Counted from the first letter of the stretch, positions 18,242 to 26,923 are shown. The stretch: 41,046 bases of DNA from Candidatus Margulisiibacteriota bacterium (GCA_041645285.1 JBAZQH010000002.1:1-41046); one strand, 5' to 3'. The notes: a model not told the origin generated them from the sequence alone. Numbers and translations: made by a program.

Positions 18242-19057
18242 AGCAAGAATTTTATACACCAGCCGCGCGGCCAAATAATTTGGGGCAAGCAACCCCTTAA
18301 TTGGCGCCAATTCAACCACATCAAACCCGACCACGTTTTTTTGGCGCGTGACTGCCCGGATAATATCCACTACTTGATTATAGTGCAACCCGCCCGGCTC
18401 GGGCGTACCGGTAGATGGCATCTCCGCTGGATCCAGTACATCCACGTCAAAAGAAATGTAAACGGTGTTTGAAAGTTGGCGCAAAATTGGGTTGATCGCC
18501 GCGAGAGAAATCGCGGATTGCCGTATCAGGTTATCAGTGAGATGGATCTTTTTGCTTTGTCCGGACGCTTTAGCAAAACCATATTCTTCCTGCGACATGC
18601 TCCTGACCCCCACCTGTACTACATTCGGACAAATTTCCAGCAGGCGGCGGGTCGCGCAGGCGTGGCTGTCTTTGCGGCCTTGATATTTATCTCGTAAATC
18701 GGCGTGGGCGTCAAAACACAAGATTGACAAATCCGGAAAAAATTCGCTGACCGCTTCCACCGCCGGCACCGAAATTGAATGTTCGCCGCCTAAAATAATT
18801 GGCAGTTTTTTCTTTTGTAAAATTTGGCGCACCGCCGTTTTAATTTTAGCAACAGGTAAGCGCGTTAAGTTTTTAACTTTTAGCGGCGGCAAAATTTCAA
18901 TTTGATCCAGCGGCAGATTGGTTTTGGTTTCAAGGTCAAACTCCTCAACCTGTGGCAGTGCAGATAAAATTGCCGCCGGCCCGTTTTTGGCCCCTTTGCC
19001 ATAGCAGGTAGTGGCTTCATAGGGAATCGGCAAAATAATAAATTTATTCTTTGGCAT
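18233..19057 (-). CDS. speB: Agmatinase (ureohydrolase family)
   Basis: The arginase-fold Mn ligand motifs GGEHS, FDAHADL and SFDVDVLDP are all present. I prefer the ATG at 19057 (6 nt after the upstream stop) over the TTG at 19063. Confidence 0.85.
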   Translation of the reverse strand: MPKNKFIILPIPYEATTCYGKGAKNGPAAILSALPQVEEFDLETKTNLPLDQIEILPPLKVKNLTRLPVAKIKTAVRQILQKKKLPIILGGEHSISVPAVEAVSEFFPDLSILCFDAHADLRDKYQGRKDSHACATRRLLEICPNVVQVGVRSMSQEEYGFAKASGQSKKIHLTDNLIRQSAISLAAINPILRQLSNTVYISFDVDVLDPAEMPSTGTPEPGGLHYNQVVDIIRAVTRQKNVVGFDVVELAPIKGLLAPNYLAARLVYKILALL

Positions 19058-19063
19058 AAACAA

Positions 19064-19513
19064 TTAATTGACTGCCAAGCGCTGCGGGGAAAATTCATTG
19101 CCGATGGATCCGGCCGGTTGAGAAAATTCGTTGTCTTTATTCATCAGTTCCGCTTCAAAGGTTTGGGCCTCAAACAAACTTACCAGATAACTGGCAACTC
19201 TGCCGGCATCAAAAGTTGCGGCCGAAAAAAGGTCTACAAAAACATGCCGTTTGGTCGGAAAAGTATGGAGCGTAATGTGCGCATCCTTCGCCAAAACTAC
19301 ACCCGAGATACCGGTTTCATTTTCGGTTTTGGCCGGATACCGGTAAACACACGGCGGCATCAATTGGGTCAGGTTAAATTTGGCCGGAAATTTTTCCAGG
19401 GTTTCAAAAATAAAATCCCGGTCTGCCAGTTTCCCGGATGGACACCCGTAACAATCCAAGAGCAGATGGGACCCAATTCCAAGTTCGGCAATTTCAGTTT
19501 GAACCGCAGGCAT
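19064..19513 (-). CDS. S-adenosylmethionine decarboxylase (SpeD/SpeH class 1) fold protein that appears to lack the self-processing Ser
   Basis: GSHLLLDCYGC...GISGVVLAKDAHITLHTFP...VDLFSAA aligns by eye with the G.H...D..GC...G.SGVV...ESH..IHTWPE...D.F.CG pattern. The ES site reads DA and the Cys reads Ala. SD GAGGAAG plus a near-consensus promoter lie upstream. Confidence 0.7.
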   Translation of the reverse strand: MPAVQTEIAELGIGSHLLLDCYGCPSGKLADRDFIFETLEKFPAKFNLTQLMPPCVYRYPAKTENETGISGVVLAKDAHITLHTFPTKRHVFVDLFSAATFDAGRVASYLVSLFEAQTFEAELMNKDNEFSQPAGSIGNEFSPQRLAVN

Positions 19514-19546
19514 AACACTTCCTCAACTAAGGTGTATTTACGTGAG

Positions 19547-19575
19547 ATTTTAGAGTAAATTCAGAGGGATTGCAA
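19547..19575 (-). promoter_or_regulatory. Sigma70-like promoter of the speD-like/speB operon: TTGCAA, 17-nt spacer, TAAAAT
   Basis: Read on the minus strand, the -35 box is at 19575-19570 and the -10 box at 19552-19547. The leader carries a GAGGAAG SD. Confidence 0.5.
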
Positions 19576-19590
19576 GCTGACGAAAACTAC

Positions 19591-21804
19591 TTAGTTACTG
19601 ACTGAGGCAATCAATTCCCCGCTTAGTTTTTTCCAGCTCCCGGCCCGGGCATCGTAAATATCCACCCCGGCTCCCTGGATATAAAGGAATTTTCCGTTGC
19701 CCAAAACGTAAACATCAATCTTTGAGTTTTTGTCGCTTTTGGCTTTCCCGACTATATCGGTGCCTTCGTGCGCGCGCAGGTACGCCCTTAATTTATTGAG
19801 ATTGACCTTTGCCCCCGGGACCGGCTTAACGGCGGCGGATTTTGCGCGGGCAACCTCAGTATTATCCTGTGCCCAGGTCTGGTATTTTATTGCCGGTTTT
19901 ACATCTTGCGCCATCCGGTGGCGATGATTAATGGTCTTGTTGGGCATATAAACCAAGGCCTCTTCCGGCGCCGCATAACCAATCTCAAAGTCGAGCAAGC
20001 GGCTGATCAGGGCCCGGCCAATGCCGGTCTTTTCAAGCATCGAAGTAAACTGGGCGCGGTTCACGCCGGTTTTTTCCATTAACTTCCCATCGGTAATGTA
20101 ATCCAGCATCCCGGCTTTTTTGGTTACCACCAGCTGCGGAGCGGCCCAATGTGAAAGCGCTACGTCCTGAAACGGTTTTTCGGTGGTTTTGTCCGTATAA
20201 GTAATGTCATTATCATAGCGGGCAATCACGACCGCGCCTTCCGCGCGATTAATCTCTTTGTTGGGCTTAAAAGTGCCGTCGGGGTACCCCTCGGTCAAAG
20301 CATAATCTTTGGCAACTTTAAGATATTTATTGGCCCAATGGTCAGCCGCAATATCTTTAAAAACTTTACCGTACACCGTCGGGGTTTCCAGGTTTGTGGC
20401 GCGCACCAGGATCGTAGTTAATTCCACTCTGGATAACACACTGTCCGGACGGAAGCTCCCGTCGGGGTAACCATCAATTAATCCCAGTGTTCCAAAATAT
20501 TCAATCCCCGCGTGCGCCAAGGTATTGTCATTGACGTCCGCAAAAGTGCGGACACGCAAAATACGTTTTTGCTGTTCGGCCAAGGCCCCGTCGTTGCGCT
20601 CGGCAACAATCTCCAACAAATTCTTGCCGATTTTCAGAGGGATTTCCGCCGAAAAAGTATTATCCGGTGCCAGCGCCACCCGGTGGTCGTTGACCCGCAA
20701 GCTGGTCAGCGGGCGGCTTTTTAGCCCTTCCACCCGTCCGGTTACTTTAATACTATTATCTTTAGTGACAACTTTATCCGCCGGCGCATCCACAAAAAGG
20801 TTAAACGGTGATTGCGCCTCCGGCACCAAGGATACGGAAAAATAATGGGTGGCATTTTCAGAATAACTGGAATAAGGATGATAAGCATAGTCAAAGGCTA
20901 TTCCCTTGTACCGGACACCCAGGCCGCCGCACAGATTGGTGACTACCCCGTTTCCCGCGCTCGGGTCCTGGTCCAACCCCATCCTTACCGCCAAAATATC
21001 ATTTGGCCAAAATTCCCCGCCCAAATGCATGGCCATCGGCATGGCCTCATCCACGTACAGGTCTGCGTCCAAACCAACCGATAAATTAAAATCCGATTTT
21101 TTCAATGCGCTTTCCTGATCACCCAGGATTTGTACTTTACTGCCCAGTTTTGAAACAGAATTAATTCCCTCTTCATAACCATTGGCAAACGTCACTTTTC
21201 CGCCCGCGCTGGCAGGCAATAAATCCTGCTGGGTATAGCCCAAGCTTAACCAGGGGTTGGCCTGATAAAGCAAACTTAAGTCCATATCAAAACCGCCGCC
21301 CGATCCCTCCGCCAGCGCATCCGACCCGGAAAGCGCATAACTAAAATACTTTAAATTTGTGCCAAGGTAAACGTTGTCAGAAAGCAGGGAGCTGAGGCTA
21401 TTGGCTTTTACCCCATAGGATAGAAAATATACCGCGCGGTTATAGGTTCCGGTTCCGGCCGAACTCCCGTCTGCATTTCTCAAATCAATATCCGCCGTAC
21501 CCATCCCCACGTACCCCGCCCCCACCGTGTGTCCCGCCGCTACCGGATAGGCCCCACCCAAAAGCATAAAATTAATATCATTCATCAGGTTGGCCTGCAT
21601 GTTGGTTGCCGCAATCCCTTCCAGCCGGCCTAACCCCGCCGGGTTTACAAACAGGGCATCCGCATTTTCGGCATAGCCAACATAAGTCCGCCCCATCCCC
21701 AATGACCGCGCCCCCACACCAATTGCCAATGGGTCAGTGATTGCCGCCGCCGGCAAAGCCAGCAAAAGCAAAATTATAATTACGGCTAACGTTTGGTTTT
21801 TCAT
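19591..21804 (-). CDS. Outer-membrane FadL/PorV-like beta-barrel, then an Ig-like domain, three SLH domains and an unknown C-terminal domain
   Basis: Signal peptide LLLLALPAAA, then GARSLGMGRTYVGYAENADALFVNPAGL and about 300 aa of barrel-like sequence. The three SLH repeats are FADV..GLIDGYPDGSFRPD, FKDI..HWA..GYPDGTFKPN and FQDV..HWA. The ATG at 21804 lies 2 nt after the adhesin stop, with a GAGGAG SD. Confidence 0.75.
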   Translation of the reverse strand: MKNQTLAVIIILLLLALPAAAITDPLAIGVGARSLGMGRTYVGYAENADALFVNPAGLGRLEGIAATNMQANLMNDINFMLLGGAYPVAAGHTVGAGYVGMGTADIDLRNADGSSAGTGTYNRAVYFLSYGVKANSLSSLLSDNVYLGTNLKYFSYALSGSDALAEGSGGGFDMDLSLLYQANPWLSLGYTQQDLLPASAGGKVTFANGYEEGINSVSKLGSKVQILGDQESALKKSDFNLSVGLDADLYVDEAMPMAMHLGGEFWPNDILAVRMGLDQDPSAGNGVVTNLCGGLGVRYKGIAFDYAYHPYSSYSENATHYFSVSLVPEAQSPFNLFVDAPADKVVTKDNSIKVTGRVEGLKSRPLTSLRVNDHRVALAPDNTFSAEIPLKIGKNLLEIVAERNDGALAEQQKRILRVRTFADVNDNTLAHAGIEYFGTLGLIDGYPDGSFRPDSVLSRVELTTILVRATNLETPTVYGKVFKDIAADHWANKYLKVAKDYALTEGYPDGTFKPNKEINRAEGAVVIARYDNDITYTDKTTEKPFQDVALSHWAAPQLVVTKKAGMLDYITDGKLMEKTGVNRAQFTSMLEKTGIGRALISRLLDFEIGYAAPEEALVYMPNKTINHRHRMAQDVKPAIKYQTWAQDNTEVARAKSAAVKPVPGAKVNLNKLRAYLRAHEGTDIVGKAKSDKNSKIDVYVLGNGKFLYIQGAGVDIYDARAGSWKKLSGELIASVSN

Positions 21805-21806
21805 TC

Positions 21807-24800
21807 TCACCTGCTCCTCACTACTACTAACTTACCTTTATACAAAATCTGCCGATGCGTCAGGTCAATTACCCGATATGGGAACAATCCGTTGCCAATC
21901 AAACTGCCAAATTCGTTTACGCCGTCCCAGGAAACTGCATTGTTTCCTTCCTGCCCTTCAAAAATGATGGATTTAATCAGGCGCGCATTTTCATCATAAA
22001 CGCTGATTTGGATTTGGGTGGCCTCGCTTAAGCCAACCAAAAAAGTAATAGGATTAACTGATGGGTCAGACGGGTTGGGATACACATACCCTTCCGCCAA
22101 AGCTTCGGTTATAATATTAAATGTTTCCGTGGCTTCGTTGCCGGCAAGGTCTCGGGCAGTGATGGTCACGGGAGTGGTGCCGGTGCCAATTTGCGCTGAA
22201 CCTAAAGTGGTGTAGCGGATATCATAAGCATTTGAACTAGTATTGGCCGTATCGGAATTGGCACCCGCCGAATTAACCGGCGCAGCCGAGGCCGCCACGC
22301 TCAATGCCGCCCCATTGTTAATTTTGATGTTTATATCAGAGCTGGAAATACCTGACCCGGAATCAGTGATACTGGCATAAATAACCGGGCTGGAAGAATG
22401 GATTACTCCCAAATTAACCACGCCATCGGTACACTCAACCGCATCCACCTTGATGCTATCGATAACCGGAGCGTTTTGGTCAATGGAAAAACTAAACGGC
22501 ACAATTTCACTAAGGTTCCCCGCCCAATCAACCGCGTAAACGCTGTACGTAAAACTTCCGTCTTCGGTAATCGTAACTACCGTTGCATCATCCGCTATTT
22601 CAACGGCGGTACCGTTAGCGGTAGTATATACAATTTTTGCTATACCCGAACCTGTATCCGAGGCCTCAAGATTGACGATCACTTTTGAGCGGTAATAACC
22701 GTTATTCCCCTCAATTCCCAACACCGTGGCGCTGACCAGCGGCGGCTCACTGTCCGGGATTGCGCTTACCCGTACATTCCAACTTGCACTGGCGCTGTCG
22801 CCAAATTGGTCGGTCACAATTAAGGTTATCTGCGCATCTCCTGCCGTGGTTGCGGTATAAACTACCTGTGCCGGGTTGGTGGAAGAAGAAGTTATTCTGC
22901 CGGCGGTGGTAGACCAGAAATAATTAAGTGCATCTCCGTCCGGATCGTAAGCCGCCACGGTAAATCCGGGCTGGGCGCCAACCGTAAATACTTGATCGCC
23001 TTCTGGGGCGCACGCAGTAATGATTGGCGCACGGTTGGTGTTATTTACAACCAAAATAAATTCTTCGGTTGCAACGTTCTCGCCGTCTGATACCAAAACC
23101 TGCAAAGAGTAAACGCCGCTGGCGTCATAGGGAAGCGGGCTCGTAGTGCTCATGACGCCGTCGCCGGAAATTGTCAGCCAGGACGGATGATTAAACAAAC
23201 TGTAAGATAAAACGTCACCATCTGCGTCGCTGGCCACAACACTATACTGGAAAGTTGCCGCCTCGGTGGCAGTAAGCGTTCCAATGGTTTCGATTTCCGG
23301 CGGTTGATTAGCATGCGGCAGATCATTGTCGGCCGTAACGTTTATGGTAATCACGCCAGAATCTGTGCCGCCGTTGCCGTCATTCACCTGGTACCCCAAC
23401 AAATCTGTTCCGAAATAATTTGCGTTGGGAGTATAGATATAATCCGCGCCGCCGTTGACCGCAACCACCGAACCATCAGCCGGCAAACTATAGATAGAAT
23501 ACGACAACGTATCACCATCTGGATCCGAGCCCGGCAAAGTGAATGTCACCGGCGTATCTTCAGCAGTTGTCACGATTGCATCTGATGCAACCGGCGCATG
23601 GTTGATCGTGCTGACAACAATTTCAAACGACTGGGTAGCTTCCGCCTGCCCATCATTTACGGTCAATTTAAGTGGATAAATGCCCGGATCCATCGGTGTT
23701 CCGCTCAATGTGCCCGTGCCATCACCGTTATCACTAAACGTCAACCAATTGGGCTTGTCAACTGCAGACATTAATAATGTATCTGCATCCACATCTGCGG
23801 CAATAACCAGATAGGTATACAAGTCCATCGTGTAAGCCACCGTAACCGGAACGCTGGTAAACTCCGGCGCATCATTGACCGCAGCAATGGTTATGGTTAC
23901 CGTAGCCGTCCTGGATACTACATCACCATCCGTTGCCAAATATGTGAATGAGTCGTCGCCGTTATAACTTGCGGACGGAGTATAAGTAAGATTGGGTGCG
24001 GTGCCGCTTAAAACTCCATGTAATGGCGGTTCGTAATGGTAGGTTAAAACCGCACTGTCAATATCGGAGCCAATCAATAAAATAGGTACTGGGGCCTCCT
24101 CACCAGTACTTACGGAGATATCGCTCGCCACTGGCGGATCATTTACCGGGTTAATTTTTACTGTTACTTCTGCGGTGGCAGACCCCCCCTGGCCATCTTC
24201 TACCAAATAGATAAATCTTTCATTGTCCCCGTACCAATCCTGGTTAGGGGTATAAATAATTGTGGTTTCGCTTTCCAGGGGACCATCGGGAAGGACAAAT
24301 ACCGCAGCGCCATGCACCGGCACTGTTAAAAAGGAATACTGTAAAACATCCTCGTCCGGATCCCACGCAGACACAACTTGCGCAGTTGGAACATCTTCAA
24401 CTCCCGCCAGGGAACATCGCAATGCGATCGGGGCATTATTAATATTCTTTACCGTGACGGTAAATTGCCGGCTAACCGTAGCAGTATTTGAGCCGTCCCG
24501 CAAGGTTATATAAAAAGAATACGCCGTATCTTCAGAAACCGACGGTGCCGTACCGGAAATTGTGGCGGTCTTATCTCCATTGTCAGTTAATGTCAGCCAG
24601 GACGGTAATCCGTCGCTCCCAATTCTTAAGGTATCCCCGGCATCGACATCATCAGCAGTGACGGTCGCGGCATAAGCCGCCAACTCATTAACCGAGGGCA
24701 GCGCAGTGGTAACAAAGGTCGGGTCATCGTTTACTGCATTGATTGTAATATTTATCCGAACTTCAGCATATTGAGAACCTTTATCCCCGCCGGTAAAAAC

Positions 24801-25103
24801 CCTAACAACAAAAGAATCTGATCCATAGTAATTTGGTCCAGGAGTATAAGTAATCTTTGTATTAGTAGCATCTACCGCAAAGGTACCTTTGGTTGGGCTA
24901 GAAACGGTTGCGGAATAATAGACGGATGAAGGTAGCCCACTGGCTTGAGCTAAGTCCGATTGTGATATTTCTACCGCAACATCTTCATTGGTCGTTTTAT
25001 TAATATCTGCCGCCAAAGCCGGCGAGGAAAAAACAGCAGTAAAAATACCCAAACAGGCAATACTTAATACTAACGTTCTTGAGATTTTTAATCTTCTAAA
25101 CAT
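21807..25103 (-). CDS. Large secreted adhesin: alternating cadherin-like/tandem-95-type and He_PIG (dystroglycan-type) Ig repeats, further Ig-like domains, and a C-terminal T9SS-CTD/FlgD-Ig-like domain
   Basis: The ATG at 25103 gives the signal peptide MFRRLKISRTLVLSIACLGIFTAVFSSPALA and is preceded by a GAGG SD. Repeat ends recur: VNDDPTF, INNAPIA, VNDPPVA, VNDAPEF, INHAPVA, NTNRAPI. The motif LPSWLTLTDNGD..ISGT occurs three times. The tail is YPNPSDP...QISVYDENARLIKSI...VSWDGVNEFG..GLFPYRV...KLVVVR. Confidence 0.8.
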   Translation of the reverse strand: MFRRLKISRTLVLSIACLGIFTAVFSSPALAADINKTTNEDVAVEISQSDLAQASGLPSSVYYSATVSSPTKGTFAVDATNTKITYTPGPNYYGSDSFVVRVFTGGDKGSQYAEVRINITINAVNDDPTFVTTALPSVNELAAYAATVTADDVDAGDTLRIGSDGLPSWLTLTDNGDKTATISGTAPSVSEDTAYSFYITLRDGSNTATVSRQFTVTVKNINNAPIALRCSLAGVEDVPTAQVVSAWDPDEDVLQYSFLTVPVHGAAVFVLPDGPLESETTIIYTPNQDWYGDNERFIYLVEDGQGGSATAEVTVKINPVNDPPVASDISVSTGEEAPVPILLIGSDIDSAVLTYHYEPPLHGVLSGTAPNLTYTPSASYNGDDSFTYLATDGDVVSRTATVTITIAAVNDAPEFTSVPVTVAYTMDLYTYLVIAADVDADTLLMSAVDKPNWLTFSDNGDGTGTLSGTPMDPGIYPLKLTVNDGQAEATQSFEIVVSTINHAPVASDAIVTTAEDTPVTFTLPGSDPDGDTLSYSIYSLPADGSVVAVNGGADYIYTPNANYFGTDLLGYQVNDGNGGTDSGVITINVTADNDLPHANQPPEIETIGTLTATEAATFQYSVVASDADGDVLSYSLFNHPSWLTISGDGVMSTTSPLPYDASGVYSLQVLVSDGENVATEEFILVVNNTNRAPIITACAPEGDQVFTVGAQPGFTVAAYDPDGDALNYFWSTTAGRITSSSTNPAQVVYTATTAGDAQITLIVTDQFGDSASASWNVRVSAIPDSEPPLVSATVLGIEGNNGYYRSKVIVNLEASDTGSGIAKIVYTTANGTAVEIADDATVVTITEDGSFTYSVYAVDWAGNLSEIVPFSFSIDQNAPVIDSIKVDAVECTDGVVNLGVIHSSSPVIYASITDSGSGISSSDINIKINNGAALSVAASAAPVNSAGANSDTANTSSNAYDIRYTTLGSAQIGTGTTPVTITARDLAGNEATETFNIITEALAEGYVYPNPSDPSVNPITFLVGLSEATQIQISVYDENARLIKSIIFEGQEGNNAVSWDGVNEFGSLIGNGLFPYRVIDLTHRQILYKGKLVVVRSR

Positions 25104-25211
25104 TTGGGCCTCATCTACTGGGTTGTGAGCCTCTTCCACTAGTTCTATCGGGGTGGGCAGGGCTAAACTTGTGCAAAAAATCAGGAAATTTTTCGATAAA
25201 ACTCGGAAAAA

Positions 25212-25220
25212 TGCTAAAAT
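25212..25220 (+). promoter_or_regulatory. Extended -10 element TGCTAAAAT, 6 nt upstream of the pcm ATG
   Basis: The TGnTAAAAT ends at 25220 and the ATG is at 25227. There is no room for an SD. Confidence 0.4.
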
Positions 25221-25226
25221 TAATGC

Positions 25227-25865
25227 ATGCCGGAAAATCTCCAACAAATCCAGCGGGATGCAATGGTTGAGGTTCAGCTCCACGGCCGCGGCATTAGCGA
25301 CAAAAGAGTATTGCAGGCCTTCCGCCGGGTTCCCCGCCATTTTTTTATACCTAAAAATATGGCGAATGAGGCCTATTTTGACTGCGCCCTCCCCATCGGC
25401 AACGGGCAAACCATTTCCCAACCCTACATGGTAGCTATCATGACCGAATTATTGAAACTAACCGGGAAAGAGACTGTCCTTGAAATTGGCACCGGCTCCG
25501 GCTATCAGGCCGCAATTCTTTGTGAACTGGCAAAACACGTTATTTCGCTGGAAAGGATTCCGGATTTAGCCGACCACGCTCGCCGTCTGCTGGTTGAACT
25601 GGGATACAAAAATTTTGAGGTGATGGTGGCCGACGGCACCCAGGGATGGAAGGAGAAAGCCCTTTACGATCGCATTTTGGTAACCGCCGCAGCGGAAAAA
25701 ATTCCGCAACCACTGATTGACCAGTTAAAAGAAGGCGGCCGGTTAATCATTCCGCTGGGCCAACCGGATCTGCAAATTTTAACCATTGTCGAGAAAATCC
25801 AAGGGAAGATAGTCACCCAACAAAGCATCGGGTGCGTATTTGTGCCGCTGATTTCGGAAACATAG
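25227..25865 (+). CDS. pcm: Protein-L-isoaspartate O-methyltransferase
   Basis: GQTISQPYMVAIMTELL and VLEIGTGSGYQAA (SAM motif I), and ...RILVTAAA...L..GGRLIIP are canonical Pcm motifs. Confidence 0.9.
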   Translation: MPENLQQIQRDAMVEVQLHGRGISDKRVLQAFRRVPRHFFIPKNMANEAYFDCALPIGNGQTISQPYMVAIMTELLKLTGKETVLEIGTGSGYQAAILCELAKHVISLERIPDLADHARRLLVELGYKNFEVMVADGTQGWKEKALYDRILVTAAAEKIPQPLIDQLKEGGRLIIPLGQPDLQILTIVEKIQGKIVTQQSIGCVFVPLISET

Positions 25866-25905
25866 CCGTCGTTCAAAATTTAACTTAAAACGCTCTCAAT
25901 GCAAA

Positions 25906-25914
25906 TGCTATAAT
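25906..25914 (+). promoter_or_regulatory. Extended -10 element TGCTATAAT, 6 nt upstream of the aroE ATG
   Basis: A perfect TGnTATAAT ends at 25914 and the ATG is at 25921. Confidence 0.45.
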
Positions 25915-25920
25915 CTCCTC

Positions 25921-26799
25921 ATGCGCGGCACAAACAAAAAGATACTGGGCGTCATCGGCGATCCAATTTCCCACACCCTTTCCCCCGCCATGCACAACGC
26001 CGCCCTCAAAGCTTTAAAGTTAGACGCCGAGATGGAATATAAGGCCTTTCACGTCAAACCCGGTGATCTGAAAAATTTCATCAACACCCTGCGCCAAAAA
26101 GGATATTTGGGCATCAACGTTACCGTCCCGCATAAAGTTGCCGTCATGGAACACCTGGACGAAATCACCAAATTTGCCAAACTGATCGGCGCGGTAAATA
26201 CGATAAAAAATGAAGACGGAAAACTGGTGGGGTATAACACCGACGGCCCGGGGTTTTTGGAAGCGATCAAACATAAATTAAGCTTTAATCCGACCGGCAA
26301 AAAGGTGGTTTTATTGGGGGCCGGCGGCGCGGCGCGCGCGGTGGGAATGATTTTAGCCGAAAACCAGGCCGCGCAAATTGCAATTTTTGATATTGATGAA
26401 CAAAAGACGGAGACCCTGGCGCAGCAAATCACCTCAAATTTCAAAACCAAAGCCGTCTGCCTGCCATCTAAAAACAATGAGTTGGCTGGCTATATTGCCG
26501 ATTGCGACTTATTGGTCAACGCCACACCCATTGGCATGCACCCATTAGAAAAGGCCTCCCCCTTAGGCACATTAGAACTTATCCCGCCCAGGCAGGCCGC
26601 TGACACATTATATGTATACGACCTGGTTTATGTGCCGAAAGAAACTCTCCTCATCCAGCAAGCCCGATCGGCCGGCGCCATTGCCGCCAGCGGGCTTTCG
26701 ATGCTGGTATACCAGGGTGCACTGGCTTTCACCATTTTTACCGGTCTCCCCGCCCCCGTCGGCGTGATGGAACAAGCTGCCGAAAAAGCCCTTACGTGA
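25921..26799 (+). CDS. aroE: Shikimate dehydrogenase
   Basis: GVIGDPISHTLSPAMHN, GINVTVPHK, NTDG.GF, and LLGAGGAARAV (Rossmann motif). Confidence 0.9.
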   Translation: MRGTNKKILGVIGDPISHTLSPAMHNAALKALKLDAEMEYKAFHVKPGDLKNFINTLRQKGYLGINVTVPHKVAVMEHLDEITKFAKLIGAVNTIKNEDGKLVGYNTDGPGFLEAIKHKLSFNPTGKKVVLLGAGGAARAVGMILAENQAAQIAIFDIDEQKTETLAQQITSNFKTKAVCLPSKNNELAGYIADCDLLVNATPIGMHPLEKASPLGTLELIPPRQAADTLYVYDLVYVPKETLLIQQARSAGAIAASGLSMLVYQGALAFTIFTGLPAPVGVMEQAAEKALT

Positions 26800-26923
26800 C
26801 GAAATCCACTACGTTTCCCAGCTAATTTCATCTATCTCCCGCGCACGTTTGGCCTGGCAAGAAAATTGCTTCAGGTTAGATTGAAAGACCGGTGCCAAAT
26901 TGTCACCGGTTCAAAACCTGAAA

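Noticed and set aside
25104-25421. 106-codon N-terminal extension of the adhesin ORF (the track start at 25421 gives 1204 aa)
   Set aside because: The extension runs antisense through the 5' part of pcm and its promoter and has no signal peptide. The internal ATG at 25103 has a GAGG SD and yields a textbook signal peptide, so the gene is called 21807-25103.
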